Shown here: piece by piece, positions 36,651 through 47,599 of the stretch | Position numbering within the stretch: the stretch's first letter is position 1 | Layout of the letters: each line of letters begins with the position of its first letter | Source of the DNA: Candidatus Latescibacterota bacterium | GTDB taxonomy: Bacteria > Latescibacterota > UBA2968 | Direction: 5' to 3' | Assembly (NCBI GenBank): GCA_965198115.1 | Contig: OZ240241.1 | Location: 5,952,001-6,016,000 of the forward strand | DNA: 64,000 bases | Made by a program: the position numbers and the translations under genes | The notes under the pieces: model-generated | What the model saw: the letters and a program-made list of their open reading frames with translations, nothing else | What the model was told of the DNA's origin: nothing | Database searches by the model: none

Positions 36651-37979
36651 CTAAAGCTTGAACACCTTCCCGATCGAGCGCTCTGTTCCCTTCGTCGAAT
36701 TGCGCGTATCGAACACACACTTCGCGTGATCAACGACCCACTGGAAGTCGTAGTCATCGTGGTTGGTCGTGATCACCACGCAGTCGGCCTCGCCGAGCGC
36801 TTCCTCGGTCAGATCGGATGCGACCATGTTGAGATCGTCCACAGCCAACCTTGGCACGAAAGGATCGTGGTAGGAAACGTGTGCGCCCTTTTGCTGGAGC
36901 ATTTCGATGATGTCGAGTGCCGGAGATTCACGGACATCTCCGACGTTCGGTTTGTAAGTCACACCCAGCACCAGGACCTTTGACCCTTTGACGCTCCGCT
37001 CGAAAAGATTCAACACATCGGAAACTTTCGAAACGACGTATCCGGGCATGCTTCGCGTCACCTCGCTGGCCAGTTCGATGAATCGCGAGTTGAAATCCAG
37101 AGTCTTGAGCTTCCAGGCCAGGTAATGAGGATCGATCGGAATGCAATGGCCTCCCAACCCCGGACCCGGGTAGAAGGGCATGAATCCGTAGGGCTTGGTT
37201 CCGGCAGCGTCGATCACTTCCCACACATCGATACCAAGCCGGTCGCACATTAACGCGACCTCGTTCACCAGGGCGATGTTCACGTTGCGGTAGGTATTCT
37301 CGAGGAGTTTCGTAATCTCGGCGGTCTGGGTCGAAGACACCGTCACCACTTCGGAAATGACCTGGTGGTAAAAGGTGGCTGCGATCTCCGTACACGCGGG
37401 TGTTGTGCCACCCACAACCTTGGGCGTGTTCGTTAGCGTGTAGACCGTATTCCCTGGATCGATCCGCTCGGGCGAGTAGGCGAGGTAGAAGTCGGTTCCC
37501 GCCACCAACCCACCCTCTTCCAGAATCGGCCGTACGATATCCTGAGTAGTGCCTGGGAAAGTCGTGCTCTCGAGGATGACCAGCTGGTTCCGACGCAAGC
37601 ACGATCGGACTCCCTGGCACGCGCTCAGAATGTAGGACACGTCCGGATCCCGCGTCTTGCCCAGAGGCGTTGGAACACAAATGATGATCACATCGACGTC
37701 GGCCACGTCGGCATAGTCCGTCGTTGCACGGAGCTTGCCCACGGACTTCAGCCCGGCCACTTCGAAATCCGGTACGTCTCCCACATCCGACTTGCCGGCT
37801 TCGATCGTCGCCACCTTCTCGGCCGAAATATCCACACCCAGCACTTCGAAGCCTGCTTTGCCCAGTTCGATCGACATGGGCAGCCCGACGTAGCCTAACC
37901 CCACCACGGCTACACGAGCGGTCCGCGTCGTCAACCGTTCTTCCAACCGAGTATCTGCATCGAGAGCAGCCGTACTCAC
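36651..37979 (-). CDS. Nucleotide-sugar dehydrogenase (UDP-GlcNAc/ManNAc type)
   Basis: GLGYVGLP, ICVPTP, LESTTFPGTT, YSPERIDPG, GPGLGGHCIPIDP. Confidence 0.93.
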   Translation of the reverse strand: MSTAALDADTRLEERLTTRTARVAVVGLGYVGLPMSIELGKAGFEVLGVDISAEKVATIEAGKSDVGDVPDFEVAGLKSVGKLRATTDYADVADVDVIIICVPTPLGKTRDPDVSYILSACQGVRSCLRRNQLVILESTTFPGTTQDIVRPILEEGGLVAGTDFYLAYSPERIDPGNTVYTLTNTPKVVGGTTPACTEIAATFYHQVISEVVTVSSTQTAEITKLLENTYRNVNIALVNEVALMCDRLGIDVWEVIDAAGTKPYGFMPFYPGPGLGGHCIPIDPHYLAWKLKTLDFNSRFIELASEVTRSMPGYVVSKVSDVLNLFERSVKGSKVLVLGVTYKPNVGDVRESPALDIIEMLQQKGAHVSYHDPFVPRLAVDDLNMVASDLTEEALGEADCVVITTNHDDYDFQWVVDHAKCVFDTRNSTKGTERSIGKVFKL

Positions 37980-38084
37980 TTTATCGCCACCCACCCTTCC
38001 CTGCTCGGTTCACGACGATTCCGAGAAACACGCCAGCAACGCTCATTGTCACAATGTTCGATTCTCGATATTCGATCTTCAATG

Positions 38085-38996
38085 TCAGGCTCCCATCGTG
38101 CGCATGAGAATCGCCTTCTGAGCGTGCAACCTGTTTTCAGCTTGGTCGACCGCGACACATCGATCTGAAGCCATCACGCCCGCCGTCACCTCATACCCTT
38201 TGTGCGCAGGTAAGCAGTGCATCACGTATGCCTTCGTCTGATCGAGCAATTCTTCGTTGATCTGATACGGGGCGAACGCGGCGATACGTCGTTCTCTTTC
38301 TTCCTTGTAGCTCTCGTCACCGAAGAATTCCATGTCGATCCACGTATCCGTGTAGAGGAAGTCGGCCTCCTTTGCAGCGCCAACCAGATCGAGCGTCTCC
38401 GCATACAGTCCCGACGCGCGCGCGTCGGCAATCAACGCCTCGTCGTCCGATGCGGGGTTGACCTCTGGAGCGACGACCGTTATCCGGACACCCGTCTTCA
38501 TAGATACGGCGATCAACGAATTACACACGTTGTTCCGTATGCCCGTGTAAACGAGGTGCACCCCGTCCAGCTTGCCGACCATCTCCCGCACGGTCAGCAG
38601 ATCACCCACGGCCTGACACGGGTGATAGCGGTCGCAACATCCGTTGATGATGGGAACCTCCGACCCGGACGCCAGGTCGAGCAGATCGTCGTGATGTATC
38701 ATACGCGCGGCGATTCCATCGACGTAGCGCGAAAGGACCTGGGCTTCGTCGCGAAGGTCTGCCAGCGTAAAGTTCGTGGCTCGCCAGTCCAGATAGACGG
38801 CGTGGCCACCGAGCTGTGTCATTCCCACTTCGAACGACGTGCGCGTTCGCGTTGACGTCTTTTGAAACAGGATGCCCAGACTCTGGCCGTTCAACACTTG
38901 ACGATAGCGGTCGGCGTGATCTTTCACGTCCATCGCTTCGTCGAGCGTCGCGAGCACCTCGTCCGACGTCCAGTCCTTGAGCGTGATCAGATCCAT
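38085..38996 (-). CDS. argF: Ornithine carbamoyltransferase
   Basis: STRTR, HPCQ, YTDTWIDM, HCLP, QAENRLH. Confidence 0.92.
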   Translation of the reverse strand: MDLITLKDWTSDEVLATLDEAMDVKDHADRYRQVLNGQSLGILFQKTSTRTRTSFEVGMTQLGGHAVYLDWRATNFTLADLRDEAQVLSRYVDGIAARMIHHDDLLDLASGSEVPIINGCCDRYHPCQAVGDLLTVREMVGKLDGVHLVYTGIRNNVCNSLIAVSMKTGVRITVVAPEVNPASDDEALIADARASGLYAETLDLVGAAKEADFLYTDTWIDMEFFGDESYKEERERRIAAFAPYQINEELLDQTKAYVMHCLPAHKGYEVTAGVMASDRCVAVDQAENRLHAQKAILMRTMGA

Positions 38997-39959
38997 TCAG
39001 GTGAGTGTCGCCTCGACTTCCTCGAGCAGCTCCTTAAGAGACTCGCCCAGCGATTTTTCGATCGTGCAACCCGACGCGTTCCGATGACCTCCCCCGCCGA
39101 ATTTCCGGGCAATGACGTTCACGTCGACGGTGCCCCTCGACCGGAGGCTGACGCGGTGTACGCCGGCGGATTGCTCCTTGAAGAAGAGGGCCACCTCCAC
39201 GCCATCGATCGACATCGCCTGATCCACGATGCCGTCCAGGTCGCCGCCCAGCGAAAAGGTCTCGTGGTCGATCGAAACCGTGACGATCCGACCGTCGGCG
39301 TGCAGCTCCAGACCGGCTAACCCCACACCCAACGACTTGACCGTCTCGAAGGTCTGGTGGGCAAACAGCTGATCGGCGATCCACGCGGGATCTGCACCGT
39401 GACGGACGAGCTCGGCGCACGCTCTGAGGGCGCGCTCCGGGTGAGAGTATTTGAAGAGCTTCGTGTCGAACGCGATGCCGGCGTAGACTTGCGTGGCCAT
39501 CCCGGGGCTAATCTCCACGCCGAATTCCTTGATCAACTCGAAAACCAACTCGCTCGCAGCGCTCGCACCCGAGTCGATCAAAAGAACATTGCCCTCTTCA
39601 GAGCCCCCGGCGTGATGGTCGATGATCATCGTACGCGTGTCCATATCGATCAGCCGTGCGACGTTTCCGACACGGTGGGCCGAAATCGTGGGTGTATCCA
39701 CGAACACGGCGAACGGAATAGCATCTGTCGATTCGTAGTCGTAAACACTCTCGATCTTTTCGAACCCTTCGAGGAAGGCGAATTTCCGATCGGGCTCGGC
39801 ATCGGCCACGACAATGCGATTCGCCTTACCCATCTGATCCAGCATGCTGGAAAGACCCAGCATCGCCCCGATGCCGTCGCCATCGGCATTCACGTGAGTC
39901 GATAGCAAATAGGGTCCATCCGACTCGAAATAAGCGACCGCATGGGTGAAATCCATCAC
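38997..39959 (-). CDS. nrnA: DHH/DHHA1 phosphoesterase (NrnA-like)
   Basis: HVNADGD, IIDHH, VSLRS, GGGGHRNASG. Confidence 0.88.
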   Translation of the reverse strand: MMDFTHAVAYFESDGPYLLSTHVNADGDGIGAMLGLSSMLDQMGKANRIVVADAEPDRKFAFLEGFEKIESVYDYESTDAIPFAVFVDTPTISAHRVGNVARLIDMDTRTMIIDHHAGGSEEGNVLLIDSGASAASELVFELIKEFGVEISPGMATQVYAGIAFDTKLFKYSHPERALRACAELVRHGADPAWIADQLFAHQTFETVKSLGVGLAGLELHADGRIVTVSIDHETFSLGGDLDGIVDQAMSIDGVEVALFFKEQSAGVHRVSLRSRGTVDVNVIARKFGGGGHRNASGCTIEKSLGESLKELLEEVEATLT

Positions 39960-39984
39960 GGCATCTCCTGACGCGCGATGAGCA

Positions 39985-41724
39985 TCATTCCATCTCGTCG
40001 ATTTCGTCCAGCAGGGACTCGACGTCAGCTGAAGTGAGTCGGAAGCTTCTCAGCTTGAAGGTCGCGGCCGAATCGTAGTCCAGCAGGCTCTCGGAGCGAA
40101 ACACGACGCCGTGGTGAAGCGCCGCTTCCTTGCGTGTCAGCACACCCGAGGAAACTTCCTCCGACAAGAGCCTGATCGATCGCTCATACGGGTGTCCGTA
40201 TCCGCCGCCACCGGCCGTTTCCAACCGGACTCGGTCACCCGCCTTCAGGGCGAACCCTTCCACTTTTCTTGGGGGAGTCATCCAGTGTCCATCCGTATGG
40301 ACCCTAACGTCAGCTGTCGATCCTCGCGCCCCTCGATGATGACCTCCTGCACCACGTTCGCCACGGTCGACGTAGAGCGTCAGCCTCGAATCGGTGTCGA
40401 CACGAAATTCGATCAGGGTCCCATCACCGCCCCGGTAACGACCCGGGCCGCCCGATCCCACTCGACGCTCGTAGCGCGTAACACGTACGGGATACATTCG
40501 TTCGATCGTCTCGATCGCGGGAAACACACCCCGTCTGGGAGGGGCGCCGATGTTGACAAGACCGTCGCCACGCCCGCTCGCACCGCCCCCCGATCCAACG
40601 GACAGACGCAGCGTGAAGGGCTCGCCACGATCGTGTCCTTCGACGACGACCAGATTGCCGCCTCCGGCGTCGACGGCCGAACCTCGTCCGTGCACGGCCT
40701 GCGACAGTGCCTCGATCACACCCGAAACGACGCGCCCGGCGACTTCGTTTCCTCCACTCACCGCCTGCGGGAACCTCGCGTCGAGATACGTCCCCTCAGG
40801 TCGAGCGACCGAAATCACGGACTCGAAGTCGGCAGAGGTCGGTACATCGGGAAGAAGCTGCCGCAATCCGGCCACGCAACCCGCCTGAACGGCCGAAAAC
40901 GGACAGTGCGTCGCACCCGGTCTACCTTCGCTCCCCTCGAATGAAAGACGAATCTGCCCCACCTCGACCCGCGCGGTCGTGACCAGACGGACCGGACGCC
41001 CGGAGACCGGGTCATCGAGCCGGTCGCGACACACGTAGGTTCCGGGCGAGAAGGAGGCCAGGGCCTCGTCCAACGAACGTTGCGCACCAGCCCTTACTCT
41101 CTCCGCAGCTTCGACCAGGCTCTTGGGTCCGATGCGATCCATCAACGTGCGGATTCGACTCGCGCCGGCCGAAAGGGCAGAGATCTGCGCGAGGAGACTC
41201 CCCCGAAAAATCGCCGGATCCCGCGTATTCGCAGCGATCAGATCGATCGACGATGGCTCGGCAAAAGAGTCGGTGCCCAGACGCAGCCTCGGCACCCGCA
41301 CACCTTCCTGCGCTATATCCCACGCGTCCGGACACACGCCCCCGGGCACACGCCCCCCAATATCGGGATAATGTCCTGCCGAGGCCAGCCACGCGACGCC
41401 GAGATCTCCCAGGTCGAGAGGTATCGCGACACGGAATTCGCACAACGAACAGCCCCCGGCAAACGGGTCGTTCGAAAGGAGGACCTCATCGTCGGCGGCC
41501 TCCATCGCTGCGTGGCCGCCCATCCACGTTGCCAGCAAAGCGGCGAGAAAGGGTGTGCTCTTCGACCCCGATGTCCACGGCAGCTCCCTCGGCCCAACCA
41601 GCAGGACCGCCGTGCCACCTCCCTGAATCGACGCCTCGAACGCTCGGGCGCGAAACACGGCCTCGGCTTCATCCACGGCGGCCTGGACACGGGACCAGAT
41701 GCGGGTCGTCTCGATTCCCGTCAT
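39985..41724 (-). CDS. Hydantoinase B / oxoprolinase family protein (divergent)
   Basis: LSNDPFAGG, HYPDIGGRVPG, QEGVRVP, GSGGPGRYRGGDG, TAGGGGYGHP. Confidence 0.85.
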   Translation of the reverse strand: MTGIETTRIWSRVQAAVDEAEAVFRARAFEASIQGGGTAVLLVGPRELPWTSGSKSTPFLAALLATWMGGHAAMEAADDEVLLSNDPFAGGCSLCEFRVAIPLDLGDLGVAWLASAGHYPDIGGRVPGGVCPDAWDIAQEGVRVPRLRLGTDSFAEPSSIDLIAANTRDPAIFRGSLLAQISALSAGASRIRTLMDRIGPKSLVEAAERVRAGAQRSLDEALASFSPGTYVCRDRLDDPVSGRPVRLVTTARVEVGQIRLSFEGSEGRPGATHCPFSAVQAGCVAGLRQLLPDVPTSADFESVISVARPEGTYLDARFPQAVSGGNEVAGRVVSGVIEALSQAVHGRGSAVDAGGGNLVVVEGHDRGEPFTLRLSVGSGGGASGRGDGLVNIGAPPRRGVFPAIETIERMYPVRVTRYERRVGSGGPGRYRGGDGTLIEFRVDTDSRLTLYVDRGERGAGGHHRGARGSTADVRVHTDGHWMTPPRKVEGFALKAGDRVRLETAGGGGYGHPYERSIRLLSEEVSSGVLTRKEAALHHGVVFRSESLLDYDSAATFKLRSFRLTSADVESLLDEIDEME

Positions 41725-43717
41725 CGCGATTTACCCACTTCGACGAGCAACAGACCGTGCTCGTCCGTCCGGAACGACGCCCCTGGAGGGACGAGGGTCG
41801 TTGCGCCATCTTCCTCGATCACGGCGAGCCCACGAAGCGTCTTTTCGATCGGCAATGATCCACGATCGTAGACCGGACATACGATGGCCTCTTTCCCAAA
41901 CCGAACGCATCGATCCTCGATCGGCTCACCCGACCCTCCCGGCACGACGGGAAGCAACGCGTCGACTTGACGACTGTTGGCCTGAATGGCCGCCGTGCGA
42001 GCTCCTCTGACCTCCAGCGGAATCGCTTCGAGCCCGGGCAGACCCGCTCTCCCCGCGAACATCGATTTCAACGTACTCTCATCGAAACCAGACGGCGGGT
42101 GCAGGGTCACGCCGGTTGCCTGACTCCGATAAGCCACGTCGATCTCGACCACAATGTCGGCTTCGTCGACGCCCAGCGCCTCTCGCACGCTCGCCGTCTG
42201 TTCACCGATCAGCGTATGCAGGTCGACCAGACACGCCTCGGTGACCGGGATGGAAACCTGTGCGGATCGGATTTCACGCCGCTCGGCCAGGAGACCTCCC
42301 CACGCGGAGAACAGACCGGCGCGGGGGGGAACGAGGACGGTCGGAATGCCGAGGTCGGTCGCGATACCGGCAGCGTGCAAAGGACCGGCGCCTCCGTAGG
42401 CAACGAGGATTGCCTCATCCAGCGGGCAACGCTTTTCCAAAGAGAGCGTCCGGAGTTCGCAGGCCATCATTTCGTCGATCGTGTCCACGATCAACCATGC
42501 TGCTTCGGCCGCGTCAAGATCGAGGGGGGCCGCTACGCGTTCCACGACGACACGTCTCGCGGCGTCCTCGTCGAGGTGCCGCTCCCCTTCCGGCAGACGC
42601 AACCGGTTCTCCAACCGCCCCAGAACGATGTTTGCATCCGTGACCGCCGCCCGATGCGTTTGCTTCCCGTAACACGCCGGACCGGGGTCGGCGCCCAGAC
42701 CATCCGGCCCGACGTCGACGCCCCCCGTGTCGTTCGGTCGGACGATCGATCCGCCTCCTGCCCCGATCGTCGTAATGTCCAGCATCTCGACCGCAATCGG
42801 CAGACCGAACCCGAGTGTGCGTTCCCGCGTCAGCGAAGGCACACCGTCTGCGACCAGACACGCATCGAAGCTCGTTCCACCCATATCACACGTCACGAAA
42901 GACGTGTAGCCCGCCAGCGCACATAGATGGTGCGCCCCGCTCACGCCTGCCGCCGGACCCGAAACGGCCGTACGGGCTGCGTCACTCACGGCGTCGTCCG
43001 GAACCACACTGCCGCCATCCGACGTCACGATCCGGAGCCTGTCACCACAGCCGACGGTCTTCAGCTCGCGGTTCAGCGAACGGAGATACCGTTCGATCAT
43101 CGGCGTAACATAGGTGCTGGCCGCGGCGGTCGAGAATCGCTCGAATTCTGACGATACGTCACAGACCGACGAAGAGCAGACGATCGGCACCTCCGGCAAT
43201 ATCGCTTTGACACCCTCTCGAACCCGCTGCTCGTTCGATCCATCGGTCGTCGAGTGAAGAAGACCCACCACAATGGCTTCCACCTTCTTTTCTCGCAACG
43301 CGATGGCGAGCTCGCGAATGGCGTTTCCATCGACAACGCGTTCTACACCCTCGGGTGTCGTCCTCTCATCGATCTCGAAGCGCAGTTCCCTCGGAACCAG
43401 AGGATCGAATCGGGGCTCCGAACCGTAGGGCGAACGTCGGGTGCCACGTCTCAACTCGAGGACATCCCGAAACCCGCGCGTCGTGATCATTCCGCATCGC
43501 GAACCCTTTCGCTCCACCAGCGCGTTCGTCGCCACCGTCGTGCCGTGGAGAATTTCGTCCACTTCGGAGGCGGGAACGCCCACGCTGCCGAGCGCTTCGA
43601 GGAAGCCCCGGGCATAGTCATCTGGTGTCGATGGCACCTTGACGATCGCAGGGCTCCGTCCGACCAGCAGACCAGATCCGTGAATGTGCCGCCAATGTCG
43701 ACGCCGACCAGAACCAC
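41721..43717 (-). CDS. Hydantoinase A / oxoprolinase family protein with a 1-nt frameshift near 43648
   Basis: GVDIGGTFTD / KVPSTP, HGTTVATNAL, SGPAAG, DMGGTSFD, TIGAGGGS, YGGAGPLH. Confidence 0.9.
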
Positions 43718-43719
43718 GA

Positions 43720-44961
43720 TCAGTGTACCTTCAGCCAGCCCACGGGATCCAACGCTTCTTCTCCCTTCATCAGCTCGAAGTGCAGTCGGGCCTTGCCGTC
43801 AAGCCGACCCGTACTGCCGACCGTGCCCAGAATCGCTCCTTCGTCCAGGATCTCTTCGGCGCGGACATTGCGTGTGGCCAGGTGGCCGTAAAGCGTAAAA
43901 TACCCTCCCGGATGGCGGAGCAACACGAGCTGTCCATAGCCACGGAGCCAGTCCACCAGTACGACCTCACCCGGGGCGACGGCCTGCACGTCAGTGCCTT
44001 CGGGCGCGTCGATGTCGATGCCCCGATTGAACGTCCAAGTCTTCAATTCAGGATCCTGGTGACGACCGAATCGAGAGACGATGCGACCTTCCGTCGGACG
44101 TCGCAGCTCGCCTCGCTTGCCGTCGAAATCGAAAGGCGGCAACTCGGCAAGTCGTAAGCCCGCCCGCTGGCGCCGTTCGATCTCTTTGATGATCTCGCCG
44201 ATCCTGGCGGTGACTTCGACCTTGTGCGTTTCACTTTGCTGGATCTCGTCCCGGTAGACGTCTTCCTGTTGGACGAGCCACTTCAATTGCTTCGACTTTT
44301 CCTTCGCATCACCGCTCAACGTTTGCTCGACCGACCGCTTTGCCTTCAGGAGAGAGGCCTGATGGGCCAGCTGTGCCCGTCTCAGCTGCAGGACCTCGTG
44401 CAAGCGCAAGCGATCTGCCCGTAGGGCTTCGAGATCGACTTGGTCCTGCACAGCCGCTTTCTCCAGGTAGAGCAGCTGCCTGACACCTTCGATGAACGAG
44501 CCGGAGCTGAACAGAATCGCTACGGAGCTCGCCGCATCAACCCGGCCATTCCGACCAAGGGGATTCTGACGGCTGCGCTTGTAGGTTTCTCGGATGCGCG
44601 CAGCCGTTCCGCGTTCACGCGCTGCCAACGACCGTTCTGCTCGCGTAACGTCGTGCGATGTTCGATCGAGGCGACTCGACAGCTGGTTCTCGCGTGTTCG
44701 AAGTCGTTTGAGTTCACCCCGCGTGCTCGCGATGCGCTTCTCGATCGCGCCGATCTCGTCAGCCACCGACACCTTGGCCCGGGAGGTTTTCTTCAGCGCC
44801 TTCCTCCCGGCAGCCAGCTCCGCTTCCAGACTGTCGAGGGCGGCTTGCTCCGCCTCCAGCCGGCGCTTCAGATCCGATTGCGCGACGCTCGCAGAGATGC
44901 AGACCGCAAAAGCCAGAGCGACGGGAGCGATGTGATTAAAAAAACGAATCACGGTCCTCAC
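43720..44961 (-). CDS. envC: Murein hydrolase activator EnvC-like (coiled coil plus degenerate M23)
   Basis: Signal peptide, long coiled coil, NRGIDI, TLYGHL, LHFEL; follows ftsEX. Confidence 0.85.
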   Translation of the reverse strand: MRTVIRFFNHIAPVALAFAVCISASVAQSDLKRRLEAEQAALDSLEAELAAGRKALKKTSRAKVSVADEIGAIEKRIASTRGELKRLRTRENQLSSRLDRTSHDVTRAERSLAARERGTAARIRETYKRSRQNPLGRNGRVDAASSVAILFSSGSFIEGVRQLLYLEKAAVQDQVDLEALRADRLRLHEVLQLRRAQLAHQASLLKAKRSVEQTLSGDAKEKSKQLKWLVQQEDVYRDEIQQSETHKVEVTARIGEIIKEIERRQRAGLRLAELPPFDFDGKRGELRRPTEGRIVSRFGRHQDPELKTWTFNRGIDIDAPEGTDVQAVAPGEVVLVDWLRGYGQLVLLRHPGGYFTLYGHLATRNVRAEEILDEGAILGTVGSTGRLDGKARLHFELMKGEEALDPVGWLKVH

Positions 44962-45821
44962 CCGATCGCCTGCAACACGCGGTTCAGCGATGCCCAGCTT
45001 CCGACCACCCCCAGACCGGCTCCCAGGACGATCAGCGACACGGCTACCAGTGAGGGTGGCAAAAAGGCGCCGACGGGGACCACACCCGACCACAGTGAAG
45101 AGCTCACCATCACCGCCAGCGCCGCCAAAACCCCACCTGTCGTGCCCTGAAGACCGCCCCCCATCATAAACGTCGTGCGTATAAACCCGTTCGATGCTCC
45201 GACCACACGCATGACCTCGATCGCGTCCCGTTGAGCCAGAACCATCAGTTTGGCCGTGTTGCTCACGGCAAACCCGCACGCCAGACAGAGCACCGCCATC
45301 AGAAACAGACCTACCCAGACGCTCAGCTTCACGACCTGCTCCACCTGCTTGAGCCACTTTTCCCCCGTCTTGACCTGCTCCACGTCGCGATGTCCGTCAA
45401 CGAGGGCCGACACCGCCTCGGCCGACACCCGAACGGAGGCATCGGGCGAGAACCGAACACGCAGGGAGGCAGGAAGCGGATTGGTCGTCAACGCCGACAG
45501 CAGATCCTCGCCGAACAGCGTCTCGAATTCTTTGGCCGCGGCGGCCTTATCGATGTAGTCGACCACCGAAACACCATTGATCGACCGGAGATCTTCGCCC
45601 AACGCCATCGCTGCCTGGCGCGTGACTCCGTCTTTCAAGTAGATCTCGACTTCCACCCGATCTTTCAACGATGCCGCCGCCAGACGGGCGCCATCCAGCA
45701 GCTGGGCGAACACACCGATCAACAGAAGCGACGCGGCGATGGCCAGACAGGAAAGGACGCCGACCGTTCCCGTCCGATACAGCCCGAGACTGGCTTCCCG
45801 AAATGCACGCCCGATCGACAC
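44958..45821 (-). CDS. ftsX: Cell division permease FtsX
   Basis: NPLPASL, IEVMRVVGAS, four TM segments; follows ftsE. Confidence 0.9.
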   Translation of the reverse strand: MSIGRAFREASLGLYRTGTVGVLSCLAIAASLLLIGVFAQLLDGARLAAASLKDRVEVEIYLKDGVTRQAAMALGEDLRSINGVSVVDYIDKAAAAKEFETLFGEDLLSALTTNPLPASLRVRFSPDASVRVSAEAVSALVDGHRDVEQVKTGEKWLKQVEQVVKLSVWVGLFLMAVLCLACGFAVSNTAKLMVLAQRDAIEVMRVVGASNGFIRTTFMMGGGLQGTTGGVLAALAVMVSSSLWSGVVPVGAFLPPSLVAVSLIVLGAGLGVVGSWASLNRVLQAIG

Positions 45822-45835
45822 GTTGCGGTTCCTTT

Positions 45836-46486
45836 CTACTCCACCACACGCCCGCCGTCGAGCCGAATCGCACGACGCGGATGACGCTCGACGACCGACA
45901 GATCGTGCGTGGCCATCAGGACTGACGTTCCCCGCACGTTCATTTCACTGAAAATCGACAGCACCCGATCGGCCGACTCGCGATCCAGGTTGGCGGTCGG
46001 TTCGTCCGCCAGCAGAATGAACGGCTCGTTGATCAACGCCCGTGCGATCGCCACGCGCTGTTGTTCGCCTCCCGACAGCGACGACGGGTGTGCGTCCCGC
46101 ACGTGCAACAGATCGACGTAGGTCAGGAGCGACAGCGTCCGTTGTTTGACTTCCCTTCGAGGAAACCCGGTCACCTCGAGCGCGAACGCGACGTTTTCGT
46201 AGACGGTTCGATCGCGCAGGAGACGGAATTCTTGAAAGACCATTCCCACGCGCCGGCGAACGTTCGGAATACTTCGATCCTGGATCGTGGACGAATCGTA
46301 TTCCCCGACGAACACGACGCCACGGGTCGGGCGTTCCTCGAACATGAGAAGCCGCAGCAGCGTGGTCTTTCCGGCTCCTGTGGCACCCAGGATATACACG
46401 AACTCCCCGCGGTCCACCTCGAAGTCGACATCTTCGAGCAACACGCGACCGTCCCGTTCCACCCACACGTGCTGAAACTCGACCAT
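45836..46486 (-). CDS. ftsE: Cell division ATPase FtsE
   Basis: GATGAGKT, RRRVGMVFQEFRLL, LSGGEQQR, LADEPTANLD. Confidence 0.93.
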   Translation of the reverse strand: MVEFQHVWVERDGRVLLEDVDFEVDRGEFVYILGATGAGKTTLLRLLMFEERPTRGVVFVGEYDSSTIQDRSIPNVRRRVGMVFQEFRLLRDRTVYENVAFALEVTGFPRREVKQRTLSLLTYVDLLHVRDAHPSSLSGGEQQRVAIARALINEPFILLADEPTANLDRESADRVLSIFSEMNVRGTSVLMATHDLSVVERHPRRAIRLDGGRVVE

Positions 46487-46488
46487 CG

Positions 46489-47244
46489 TCAGGCCCGCAA
46501 CACGAAGTGAACCCGATCCGAACGCTCCGTGGGGGACCGGAACCCGAATCCGTCGTAGGCCTCCTCCAGTCGAAAGGGGGAAGCCTCGATCACGGGCTCG
46601 ATTTCAGACAGGGGGTAGATGCGCTGTCGATGCCGCTCGTTCACGACCCGCTTGGGTTTCTTGAACGTGATCTCGAAGTCGTTGAACTGGATGCCCTCAC
46701 GGAAGTAACTGTGTCGTGTGTAGGAGAATCCATCGCCGCGTTCCCGTTCGCGAAGGTCGCTGAAGTAGCGCACGGAATTCGCTTCGGTACAGAGGTCGAA
46801 GATGAACAGACCGCCCGGATAGATCGTCTCGTGGATGCGGTCGAGAGCGACGGCGAAGTCGTCGAGGGACATGAGATAGTTCATGCTGTCGTAGAGGCAC
46901 ACTGCCGTGTCATACGGCTTGAACCCTTCTAGATCCAGGAACGCCTGATTCCAAAACGGGATGTCGTAGCCCGCTTCGACGGCCTTCTCCTTCGCGCGTT
47001 CCAGCATGGGTGCGCACCCGTCGGCGCCGCCGGTCCGGTAGCCCCGCTTGCGTAGCTCGATCGTCAGGGAACCCGTTCCGCACGCAATGTCGAGGATGGT
47101 CCGCGCGACCATGTCGTGACGCACCAACAGGGACTCGACGTAGTCGGCCCAGTGTACGTAGTCGACGTGCCGCATCACATAGTCGTAGATCGTCGCGAGC
47201 GCTGTGTAAGGCGTCTGGAACTCGGTTTGTTCTCGATTCAACAC
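46489..47244 (-). CDS. Class I SAM-dependent methyltransferase
   Basis: ILDIACGTG, CLYDSMNYL, PGGLFIFD. Confidence 0.9.
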   Translation of the reverse strand: MLNREQTEFQTPYTALATIYDYVMRHVDYVHWADYVESLLVRHDMVARTILDIACGTGSLTIELRKRGYRTGGADGCAPMLERAKEKAVEAGYDIPFWNQAFLDLEGFKPYDTAVCLYDSMNYLMSLDDFAVALDRIHETIYPGGLFIFDLCTEANSVRYFSDLRERERGDGFSYTRHSYFREGIQFNDFEITFKKPKRVVNERHRQRIYPLSEIEPVIEASPFRLEEAYDGFGFRSPTERSDRVHFVLRA

Positions 47245-47314
47245 GCACCAAATGAAAACGGTCAGCCTGTTCGGTTCGGCTGACCGGAATCAGATCTCCC
47301 TTCGAGCGGGCGCC

Positions 47315-47587
47315 TCAGAAATCGGTGACGTCTCGGGATTCGTCCCGCAAAACCCGGTGGTAGAGGTGGGCTTCCCCTTTTGCTACGTTGCCCGTCGGCA
47401 ACCCCAGCACCTCGACTTTCAAAAACCGGTCCACGAACGCGATCGCGATCCGTTGCCCGGGGATGACCTCTCGCCCTGCCTTCGCCACGTGTTCGTCGAC
47501 GCTGACGATTCCGTTGTCGCACGCGCGCTTGGCGTCCGCCCGGCGTTTGATTAGAAAGGTCTTCTTCAGGAAAAGGTCCAGGCGCAC
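47315..47587 (-). CDS. S4-domain RNA-binding protein (Hsp15/RqcP-like)
   Basis: MRLDLFLK...IKRRADAKRACDNG. Confidence 0.88.
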   Translation of the reverse strand: MRLDLFLKKTFLIKRRADAKRACDNGIVSVDEHVAKAGREVIPGQRIAIAFVDRFLKVEVLGLPTGNVAKGEAHLYHRVLRDESRDVTDF

Positions 47588-47599
47588 GGCTTCTCGACC

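Noticed and set aside
43720-45357. 545-aa version of EnvC
   Set aside because: The extra N-terminal part overlaps ftsX in another frame. The GTG at 44961 overlapping the ftsX stop and followed by a signal peptide is the likely start.
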